From: an uncultured Pseudomonadota bacterium
GTDB taxonomy: Bacteria > Pseudomonadota > Alphaproteobacteria > Rs-D84
Length of the DNA stretch: 64,000 bases
Assembly (NCBI GenBank): GCA_902793435.1
Contig: CADBDF010000002.1
Location: 71,623-135,622 of the forward strand
Direction: 5' to 3'
Shown here: piece by piece, positions 54,241-61,533 of the stretch
Numbering within the stretch: position 1 is the first letter of the stretch
Layout: each line of letters begins with the position of its first letter
Notes under the pieces: model-generated
The model's database searches: none
Seen by the model: the letters and a program-made list of their open reading frames with translations, nothing else
Told to the model about the DNA's origin: nothing
Position numbers and translations under genes: made by a program

Positions 54241-54375
54241 GGAATCCCTCTTATTATTATTAAATGTTAGAAAATTTTTTATAGGCACGTCAATAGTTTT
54301 GCATGTCCGCATAAAAAACTTGTTTTAATCATAAAAAATGGTAGAATATAAGGTATATAAAACTAGGAGAAAAAT

Positions 54376-54885
54376 ATGGTTGTAAGAAAAGAAAAATCTG
54401 TTAAAAGCGTATCTGAACGTCGTGCGGCGCCAAAGGAAAAAATGGTTTCTTTTGGACGTGCGGTGGCGAATTTCTTTAAAAAATATTTCAAATTTGGTGG
54501 TGTTGCAACACGTGCAGAATATTGGTGGGCAACATTGTTTGTGTTTTTGGTTTTGTTGGTGGTTATGATATTGGCTGTTTTGGTTCAGCCGTATAATATG
54601 CTGTTGGCGGCGGTAATCGCGTTGTTTTGGATATTGTTTTGTGTGATTATTATTGTACCTATGTGGTCGGTCGCATCACGCAGATTACATGATGCGGGAT
54701 TTTCTGCAAAAATATTGTTGATAAGTTTGTTCTTCTTTATTTATGCAATGTTGGTACCAAAATATGTTGTGCCAGGTGCATGGGTTATTTGGGCAATCGA
54801 TTGGTTGAGTTTCATTTGGAGTGTAATTATGATAATCTTGTTCGTAATGCCGTCCAAGAAACAAGATAATCCATATCGCGATTAA
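54376..54885 (+). CDS. DUF805 family inner-membrane protein
   Basis: RATRAEYWWATLFVFLV and ASRRLHDAGFS are DUF805 motifs. Confidence 0.75.
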   Translation: MVVRKEKSVKSVSERRAAPKEKMVSFGRAVANFFKKYFKFGGVATRAEYWWATLFVFLVLLVVMILAVLVQPYNMLLAAVIALFWILFCVIIIVPMWSVASRRLHDAGFSAKILLISLFFFIYAMLVPKYVVPGAWVIWAIDWLSFIWSVIMIILFVMPSKKQDNPYRD

Positions 54886-54902
54886 GAGTTGTAGTTTTAA
54901 GA

Positions 54903-54931
54903 AAAACGCTGATGTTGTCAGCGTTTTTTTC
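54903..54931 (+). terminator. Intrinsic terminator
   Basis: The stem aacgctga/tcagcgtt is followed by a T-run. Confidence 0.7.
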
Positions 54932-55030
54932 TTGATTTTTCGAAAAAAATGTCCATAATTGGTGTGTTCCTGCCGATTGTAATGGTGCAACCGGCCGATA
55001 TAAACAAGTATTAAGACCAAAGGAAATAAA

Positions 55031-55375
55031 ATGGCTTACTATGAAAGTGTCTTGGTTTTCCGCCAGGACTTGACCGAGGCGCAGGTTAAAGAAAAAGCGT
55101 CTAAATTTACAGATATTATCAAAGAATTGGGTGGCGATGTTAAATCCACAGAATTCTGGGGGTTGAAAAATTTGGCATATGTCATTCGTAAAAACCGCAA
55201 GGCTCACTATGTTTTGTTAAACATTGAATTGCCAGGCAACCAGGTGACTGAATTGGAACGTCGCAGCCGTATTGATGAAGACGTTATTCGTTTCTTGAAC
55301 GTTCGCGTTGAAGAATTGGCGACAACTCCATCCGTCATGATGAAAAAGAACACAGATACCGAGGAGGCAGAATAA
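55031..55375 (+). CDS. rpsF: 30S ribosomal protein S6
   Basis: [19 protein letters not shown]...[24 protein letters not shown] matches S6. Confidence 0.9.
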   Translation: MAYYESVLVFRQDLTEAQVKEKASKFTDIIKELGGDVKSTEFWGLKNLAYVIRKNRKAHYVLLNIELPGNQVTELERRSRIDEDVIRFLNVRVEELATTPSVMMKKNTDTEEAE

Positions 55376-55602
55376 TGGCAGTTCGTGCAGCAATTTATCG
55401 TAAAAAATCTAACCCTTTAAAGGGCAAGGTTATTGACTATAAAGATATTAAAACTTTGTCACATTATATCACAGAACGTGGTAAAATTGTGCCAAGTCGC
55501 ATTAGTGGTGTTTCCCAGAAAGATCAACGTGCGTTGGCAACGGCCATCAAACGTGCGCGCCATTTGGGTTTGTTGCCATTTGTTCGCAACAATTTGGGGT
55601 AA
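55375..55602 (+). CDS. rpsR: 30S ribosomal protein S18
   Basis: [50 protein letters not shown] matches S18. Its ATG overlaps the rpsF stop. Confidence 0.9.
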   Translation: MAVRAAIYRKKSNPLKGKVIDYKDIKTLSHYITERGKIVPSRISGVSQKDQRALATAIKRARHLGLLPFVRNNLG

Positions 55603-55770
55603 TAAATCAATCCTAATGGCACATCTGCTGGTTATTTGCTCGCTCATGTAGCATTTGTACACTACGCTCGCAAATAACTTCGCATCTGCACCATTATTAT
55701 TGATTTGAAAAAGTGGAATAATTAGACATTTGGGTTGAGAAACCCTAACTTGAAATAAAGGACAGATAAA

Positions 55771-56364
55771 ATGAAAGTTATTTTAACAGAAAAAATTACA
55801 AAATTGGGTAATATCGGCGATACTGTCGAGGTTAAAACAGGATTCGCCCGCAACTATTTGTTGCCAAATAACAAAGCAATGCGTTGGACACGTGAAAATG
55901 TTGCTTTGTTCGAAGCGAAAAAGGCAGAATTGGTTGCCCGTCAGGAAAAAGCAAAAGCACAGGCGGAATCTTATGTGGATGCTGTGAAAAATGCAAAATT
56001 CTATATGATTCGCCAGGCAGGTGATACCGGTCAATTGTATGGTTCTGTGTCATCACGTGATATCGCACGCACATTGAAAGAAGTTGCAAATGTGTCTATT
56101 GAATCTGCACAAGTTTTGTTGGGTTCCCCAATTAAAACAATTGGTGCGTTTGATACAAAAATCGCTTTGCATGCCGATGTGATTGTGCCGGTTAAAATCT
56201 ATGTTGCACAAACACAAGAAGAAATTGATGCTTTGGTTGCCGGTAAAAAATTGACATTTGGTACAAAAAAGGTTGAAGAAGAACCAGCCGAAGAAGCAGA
56301 AGAAGTTAAAGCAGAAGAAAAACCAGCAGAAGTCGCGGAAGAAAAAGCCGCCGATGCTGAATAA
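55771..56364 (+). CDS. rplI: 50S ribosomal protein L9 with an acidic/Lys-rich C-terminal tail
   Basis: MKVILTEKITKLGNIGDTVEVKTGFARNYLLPNNKAMRWT matches L9. Confidence 0.9.
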   Translation: MKVILTEKITKLGNIGDTVEVKTGFARNYLLPNNKAMRWTRENVALFEAKKAELVARQEKAKAQAESYVDAVKNAKFYMIRQAGDTGQLYGSVSSRDIARTLKEVANVSIESAQVLLGSPIKTIGAFDTKIALHADVIVPVKIYVAQTQEEIDALVAGKKLTFGTKKVEEEPAEEAEEVKAEEKPAEVAEEKAADAE

Positions 56365-56383
56365 TTTTCTGGGTATTAAAAAA

Positions 56384-56411
56384 ACACCCGGGGATTCCGG
56401 GTGTTTTTTTA
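56384..56411 (+). terminator. Intrinsic terminator of rplI
   Basis: The stem acacccgg/ccgggtgt is followed by a T-run. Confidence 0.7.
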
Positions 56412-56575
56412 TTTTTTTGCTCAAGTGTAAAGAATGTATCTTTATATATTTTCTTTATTATTTTAATAAGCTTTACAAAACCCTAACTTTTATCAGTGCA
56501 ATTGTAAGCTCCTGGATGTAAGTCCAAGGGTGCTTTTTACTAAGTTAATTAGGTTTTAAAAATATAATATTTAAA

Positions 56576-56722
56576 TTAGGGGCGTACTTCTCGTATAGTA
56601 AAATGTTCTTGATTTTTACCAGATTCACGCTGCACTTGTTTTCGAAAAGCGTCTGCTTCTGTATAATATTGAAAAGTTTGCCAACCTACTTGTTGACCGT
56701 CCATAAATACAGCATAAGCCAT
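56576..56722 (-). CDS. Small ORF (48 aa) with a strong RBS; not in the supplied track
   Basis: The product is MAYAVFMDGQQVGWQTFQYYTEADAFRKQVQRESGKNQEHFTIREVRP. The RBS aaaggag lies 7 nt upstream of the ATG. Confidence 0.45.
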   Translation of the reverse strand: MAYAVFMDGQQVGWQTFQYYTEADAFRKQVQRESGKNQEHFTIREVRP

Positions 56723-56784
56723 TTTTTACTCCTTTTTATTTAGTGTTATAACCACCAAGATAATTTCTATCTAGGTGGTTTGGC

Positions 56785-56906
56785 GCTTCTAACAATATCT
56801 ACGAGATTGCTGTGTTTATTCAATATATTCGCACAACTCCAAACCATAATAGGCTTGGAGATAATTATCGTCTTATCCCAGACGCGTAGATTGAGAGGTT
56901 AGAAGC
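56785..56906. other. Nested-helix structured element (candidate ncRNA or leader), strand unknown
   Basis: The pairs are gcttctaac (56785-93) with gttagaagc (56898-906), and atctacg (56797-803) with cgtagat (56885-91). Inner hairpins are ctccaa/ttggag (56837-60) and cgtct/agacg (56869-84). Confidence 0.3.
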
Positions 56907-57086
56907 ATCAACGACTTTTTATTGCCGTCTTGGGTCTTATATCACATTAATTAAATAAAATCAATAGCATTTGCACATTAATATGATAATAATGTGTATT
57001 ATGAATGGCACTAATAAAAGATTTTCAACAAGTGATATTGACGATTGCTTTTTTGTGTATAATGTATAGTAAAAATGGGGGCAAAA

Positions 57087-57650
57087 ATGACAAATATACC
57101 GGATACAGAATATATTACGGTTAAACGCGATGTCAAAGGTCAGGGTGGTATTTTTGTTGGTGGAAAACCCACAACAACATATCGTGGTAAGGGAATATAT
57201 AATACAGATTTGGTGAAAAGGGTTTTCGTATGGATGCAGGAACACAATCCAAACATTGCTGAATTTCATATTGGTGCATTTGTGGCACTGGGGGAAGATG
57301 CAAAACTGGGCAATCCAGATGGGGCATTTGGTTCAAAAGCATGGTGTCGTGTGAAATATAAAAATGGTATTTTGGGTGCGTGGGTCTCACCCAACGCGTA
57401 CGGTTCGTCCGCCGATTGTGCGCGCGACTGTGCGTACTACTGCGCGTTCTACGTCCGCGCCGACTCCGCCTTTCGCGCGGCGGTGTTTGGTGCGACGATT
57501 GAAAAACAAAATGTTAATCCAATGGCAAAGTCAAAAAATCCGGAATTGAAAAAGTTAGAGCAGGTTGATTTTTCTAAATTGCCAAAATCCCCGATTGAAT
57601 TAAACGGATATAGAATTTTGGTTGAAAAAATTTCGACACGCACAAAATAA
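57087..57650 (+). CDS. Small protein paralog 1 carrying a hypervariable block (DGR-target-like)
   Basis: The start is taken at MTNIPDTEYITVKRD, which aligns with paralog 2 (MTEIPNDRYITVKRD). Shared motifs are WMQE.NP.I.EFHIGAF and GNP.G.FG..AWCRVK. Confidence 0.7.
   Translation: MTNIPDTEYITVKRDVKGQGGIFVGGKPTTTYRGKGIYNTDLVKRVFVWMQEHNPNIAEFHIGAFVALGEDAKLGNPDGAFGSKAWCRVKYKNGILGAWVSPNAYGSSADCARDCAYYCAFYVRADSAFRAAVFGATIEKQNVNPMAKSKNPELKKLEQVDFSKLPKSPIELNGYRILVEKISTRTK
57381..57494 (+). other. Variable-region-like block VR1 (A-poor, GC-rich)
   Basis: The block is 114 nt with 10 A residues. It is collinear with 58037-58150, with differences concentrated at codon positions 1-2. Confidence 0.6.
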
Positions 57651-57661
57651 AGTATGGATAA

Positions 57662-57690
57662 ATCCCGCCGGTATGGCGGGTGTTTTTTTA
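57662..57690 (+). terminator. Intrinsic terminator
   Basis: The sequence is cccgcc-ggtat-ggcggg followed by a T-run. Confidence 0.65.
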
Positions 57691-57742
57691 TTGATTGTTG
57701 TGTTATTTGTGTTAAATATATTTTTATATAAAAGGATAAAAA

Positions 57743-58285
57743 ATGACAGAAATTCCAAATGATAGATATATAACCGTAAAACGTGATGAAAAGGGCGAGA
57801 TTGTCGTGTTGGTTGGTGATAAACTTGCAAAAACATATCATGGTGAAAAAATATGGTATATAGAATATGTCGAAGAAATATTTGCATGGATGCAGGAACA
57901 AAATCCAGAGATAGAGGAATTTCATATTGGTGCATTTGCAACCCGTGGTAAATATGCCGAGGTTGGCAATCCAAGTGGAGAATTTGGACCAAATGCATGG
58001 TGTCGTGTAAAGAAAAAGGGTTCGTCCTGGGCCCCGTGGGTCTTCTACCGCACGTACGGTTCGGCTGTCTATTGTGCGGGCCGCTGTGCGTCCAACTGCG
58101 CGAACAGCGTCCGCGACAACGCGTCGTTTCGTTCGGCGGTGTTGGGTTCGGCGATTGATAAAGGTAATACGAAAAATGATAATGCGCAGTCTGTTTCAAA
58201 AAAGCCAAAAACACCCAAGAAACCATTGGTTATTAATTTACCGTGGCATATTATTACGATTGAAAAACGTAAAAGAACAATGTAA
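57743..58285 (+). CDS. Small protein paralog 2 carrying a hypervariable block (DGR-target-like)
   Basis: The RBS aaagga precedes the ATG. It is a paralog of 57087..57650. Confidence 0.7.
   Translation: MTEIPNDRYITVKRDEKGEIVVLVGDKLAKTYHGEKIWYIEYVEEIFAWMQEQNPEIEEFHIGAFATRGKYAEVGNPSGEFGPNAWCRVKKKGSSWAPWVFYRTYGSAVYCAGRCASNCANSVRDNASFRSAVLGSAIDKGNTKNDNAQSVSKKPKTPKKPLVINLPWHIITIEKRKRTM
58037..58150 (+). other. Variable-region-like block VR2 (A-poor, GC-rich)
   Basis: The block is 114 nt with 12 A residues. See VR1. Confidence 0.6.
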
Positions 58286-58287
58286 AA

Positions 58288-58320
58288 AAATCCCCGGACA
58301 AATGTTCGGGGATTTTTTTA
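58288..58320 (+). terminator. Intrinsic terminator
   Basis: The stem atccccg/cggggat is followed by a T-run. Confidence 0.65.
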
Positions 58321-58356
58321 TTGGCTTATAAATTTTCCGTATGTCATAATGCCGGT

Positions 58357-58995
58357 ATGAAATTAGAATCAAATGGTATTATTATCAGTATGCGGCCGTT
58401 TGGCGAACGGGATGCGGTTGCGCATATTTTTACATCGGGGCATGGTATATTGTCTGGAATGTTGCGCGGGGCGGTGGTTGCCAAAAATAAACCTATGGTG
58501 GGTCAGGTCGGTGCGGTTATATGGAACGCGCGTTTGGAATCTCAATTAGGTGTTTTTCATTTCGAGGCACAAAAAAATTTAGCACTTGTTGCGATGATGG
58601 ATTCGTCAAAATTGGCGTATATGAATTCTATGTTTGCGTTGATTGAAACATTGTTGCCAGAGCGCGAAGCATATCCTGATTTATATAATGCAACAATAAA
58701 AACTTTGGCGGATATAACCCCGGCATCTTATTTGCAATGGGAATTGGAATTGTTGCGTGATTTGGGTTATGCGCTGGATTTGTCACATTGTTCTGGATGT
58801 GGTTGTGATGACAATTTAATTTATTTGTCCCCGAAAACTGGGCGTGCGGTATGTGGGACATGTGGTGCGCCATACGATGACAAATTATTCAAATTGCCTA
58901 TAAATTTAAATATAACATTAAGATTTCTGGAAAGCGCATGTCGTGGGTTGGATGTCGATGTTCCAAAATTTAGACTTTTTTTACAAAATCGATAA
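58357..58995 (+). CDS. recO: DNA repair protein RecO
   Basis: GIIISMRPFGERDAVAHIFTSGHGILSGMLRG...LPEREAYPDLY...WELELLRDLGYALDLSHCSGCG...YLSPKTGRAVC matches RecO. The first ATG is used because the listed start is a TTG. Confidence 0.85.
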   Translation: MKLESNGIIISMRPFGERDAVAHIFTSGHGILSGMLRGAVVAKNKPMVGQVGAVIWNARLESQLGVFHFEAQKNLALVAMMDSSKLAYMNSMFALIETLLPEREAYPDLYNATIKTLADITPASYLQWELELLRDLGYALDLSHCSGCGCDDNLIYLSPKTGRAVCGTCGAPYDDKLFKLPINLNITLRFLESACRGLDVDVPKFRLFLQNR

Positions 58996-59060
58996 TTTTT
59001 TATTTGCGTTTTTTATAAATTGTTCTATGGTTATACCGTTCAACAGAAAAGGAGAAAACT

Positions 59061-59873
59061 ATGATTTGGACAATTTTAATCTTAGTTATCGCAATTGCTA
59101 TGTTCTTGTTCGGTGCAAAAGTACTGGGCGGTAATGGTAAAGGCGAAACATTAACACAAAAATGCATTAACTTATTGGCGATTGTTTTGATTGCTGGTTG
59201 TATGGTACGTTTGGTGACACCATATTATTTGACATCTGTAAATCCTATGATTTTACAAGAAATGGCAAATGGCTATCAAGAACAACAAGCTGCTGAAAAA
59301 AATAAAGCGATTCGCAAGGCTGTTAAGTCTGGTGCGGAATCCATGATGGCAGATGCCCCAATTTTGGGTAATGCAGATGCGAAAAACACAATCTTTATTT
59401 GGACAGATTTTTCATGCCCATATTGCCGCCGCGTTCATGGCGAATTGTCAAAGGTCTTGAAAGAACGTGATGATGTTCGCGTTGTTGTTAAAAACTTTTC
59501 TATCCATGGTGATTTGTCTGATGCACCTGCACGTGCGGTTATTGCTGCAAAAATCCAGGATAATGCCAAAGCAGCTGCGTTGGTTGAAAGTTTGATGACA
59601 AACGAATATTATTCCCAGGCTGATATGAAAGACAGAGCCAAATTGGGCGAAAAAGTCAAAGCTAATGTTTTGAAATTCGCAAAAGAAGCTGGCTTGGATG
59701 TCAAACAATTGGAAGCTGATATGCAAGGCGAAGTCGTCACACGTGAATTGGCGAACGTTCGTGGCATGGCCCAGGAATTCGAAATCAACGGAACACCTTT
59801 CTTGATTATCAATGAAAAGGCTTTCCCAGGCGCAATTCCATACAAATCAATTATTGAAGCGTTGGAAAAATAA
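59061..59873 (+). CDS. Membrane-anchored DsbA-family thiol:disulfide oxidoreductase
   Basis: An N-terminal TM helix is present. The thioredoxin-fold CxxC motif is FSCPYCRRVH, and GTPFLIIN lies near the C-terminus. Confidence 0.8.
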   Translation: MIWTILILVIAIAMFLFGAKVLGGNGKGETLTQKCINLLAIVLIAGCMVRLVTPYYLTSVNPMILQEMANGYQEQQAAEKNKAIRKAVKSGAESMMADAPILGNADAKNTIFIWTDFSCPYCRRVHGELSKVLKERDDVRVVVKNFSIHGDLSDAPARAVIAAKIQDNAKAAALVESLMTNEYYSQADMKDRAKLGEKVKANVLKFAKEAGLDVKQLEADMQGEVVTRELANVRGMAQEFEINGTPFLIINEKAFPGAIPYKSIIEALEK

Positions 59874-59890
59874 TTTGTTGATTGACAATT

Positions 59891-59923
59891 AAAAACACCC
59901 AGAAAATTCTGGGTGTTTTTTTA
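59891..59923. terminator. Bidirectional intrinsic terminator
   Basis: The stem acaccca/tgggtgt has flanking A- and T-runs. Confidence 0.65.
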
Positions 59924-59935
59924 TAAAAAATAAAA

Positions 59936-60250
59936 TTATCTGGTTTTGTTAAATACGGTTATGTTATATTCGCCGGTTGGAATTTGAAATTCACGCACAG
60001 GACGCAATATAACGCGTTTGTTTTCAATTAAAAATTTGTCGCCATGTTTGAATTTTAATACATCATTATAATATTCGTCGGCGGTTGTTATTAATGTTAT
60101 ATTGGTTTTGCCGGCAACGCGTTGGCGACGAATATATTTATCCCAATCTTTGATTGTATTTTTGGGGCATGGTGTCACATATTCCAATATGATAAATCCT
60201 TTATCATTTGGTGTTATAGTCAGGCACATAGCATCGTATATTTTTGACAT
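59936..60250 (-). CDS. Hypothetical protein
   Basis: This is a 104-aa ORF that ends the tsaB-rimI operon. I recognise no family. Confidence 0.45.
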   Translation of the reverse strand: MSKIYDAMCLTITPNDKGFIILEYVTPCPKNTIKDWDKYIRRQRVAGKTNITLITTADEYYNDVLKFKHGDKFLIENKRVILRPVREFQIPTGEYNITVFNKTR

Positions 60251-60252
60251 GT

Positions 60253-60648
60253 TTATATATCCTTGCTCATAATAATTGCGTTGTTGCCATTGTCATAATA
60301 ATGTGGGCGCGTGCCAATATTATTAAATCCGCATTTGCTGTATAATGCGATGGCTGGGAAATTTGCCTCATCGACCTCTAAAAAAATTGTTTTGGCACCA
60401 TTTTTTTTAGCATCATTTTCCATTAATTGCATCAATGCGCTGGCGGTGCCGGTACGACGGGCGTCTGGTAAAACACCAATACTGATTATTTCAGCCTCGG
60501 GGCCAGTGACGCGCCATACGATAAAACTGTTTTGACTGGCGATGATGTCACAGCCAGAATTTTTTAAATCATGAAAATCATTTGCGTTCCATGGGCGTTT
60601 TTTTTCTGGGAAACATGCAGCATAAATTTCAGCAATTTGATTATACAT
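60253..60648 (-). CDS. rimI: GNAT acetyltransferase, RimI-like (ribosomal-protein-alanine N-acetyltransferase)
   Basis: ISIGVLPDARRTGTASALMQ...IFLEVDEANFPAIALYSKCGF is a GNAT motif, and the gene sits directly downstream of tsaB, as in many bacteria. Confidence 0.75.
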   Translation of the reverse strand: MYNQIAEIYAACFPEKKRPWNANDFHDLKNSGCDIIASQNSFIVWRVTGPEAEIISIGVLPDARRTGTASALMQLMENDAKKNGAKTIFLEVDEANFPAIALYSKCGFNNIGTRPHYYDNGNNAIIMSKDI

Positions 60649-60650
60649 TT

Positions 60651-61193
60651 TTATTTTGCCTTTGGTTCTTCGGCATAACTGGGGCGCAAATACATTGGTA
60701 TCGCCGGTTCGATTTTGCCAGATTTTATTTTTTCGGCGACAATATTTGTTGCCAATTTCAAATCAAAAGGTTTATGCCCAACGGTTTGTGACCAATCCAT
60801 TTGGCGTGTTTCGACATCTTCGATTTCCATTGTGCATGGATTTAAATTTTTTGCCGCAACAAAGAAATCGCCACGCCCAGATTCAATTGCCACAAATGCA
60901 TCTGGGGTTGCAGCCAAGTATAATTCAAATGCATTAACAGGAACAACAGGTATATTTAACCCAATCGCCAAACCCTTGGCATAGGCAATGCCTAAACGAA
61001 TACCGGTAAAACTGCCGGGACCAACAATCACACCAATGGCGGAAATATTGTCCCAGGATACACGATTGGTTTTTAAAAAATCTTCCACCGCATTTGGCAG
61101 GGTAATTGCCTGTTTTTCGGCGTCTATATGCACAAAATTATCATTTAATACCAAATCTATGCCGTTGCCAGATGTGTTTATAATTAAAATCAT
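60651..61193 (-). CDS. tsaB: tRNA N6-threonylcarbamoyladenosine biosynthesis protein TsaB
   Basis: IGVIVGPGSFTGIRLGIAYAKGLAIGLNIPVVPVNAFE matches TsaB. Confidence 0.85.
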   Translation of the reverse strand: MILIINTSGNGIDLVLNDNFVHIDAEKQAITLPNAVEDFLKTNRVSWDNISAIGVIVGPGSFTGIRLGIAYAKGLAIGLNIPVVPVNAFELYLAATPDAFVAIESGRGDFFVAAKNLNPCTMEIEDVETRQMDWSQTVGHKPFDLKLATNIVAEKIKSGKIEPAIPMYLRPSYAEEPKAK

Positions 61194-61528
61194 TTTTGCT
61201 TTTCCTGTTTTTTATATTTTTTTGCACATGCGTTGAAAATTATTGGTGCAAATAATACATCAAATAATTTTCTGTGTTTTGGATATGCCATCAGTTTTGA
61301 TTCCCTGTGCAGAACAAAACGATATCGGGTTTCACCAACCAACAATGTTTCATATTTTATAACCTCGAAGTATAAATCGGGGGATTTTAATGTGAATGCA
61401 TCGTTTATTTTTATGGTACCAGAATAAATCCAAGTTTCAAATTCTAAATTATCGCCATGTTTTTTTAAATGACGAACTATGTTTTTGCAATTTGAAATAT
61501 ATTCTGTCAGTTCGTAAAATATTGTCAT
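61190..61528 (-). CDS. Hypothetical protein
   Basis: The start is set at MTIFYELTEY, just after the lon stop. It has no similarity to a Lon protease domain. Confidence 0.4.
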   Translation of the reverse strand: MTIFYELTEYISNCKNIVRHLKKHGDNLEFETWIYSGTIKINDAFTLKSPDLYFEVIKYETLLVGETRYRFVLHRESKLMAYPKHRKLFDVLFAPIIFNACAKKYKKQEKQK

Positions 61529-61533
61529 ATTTA

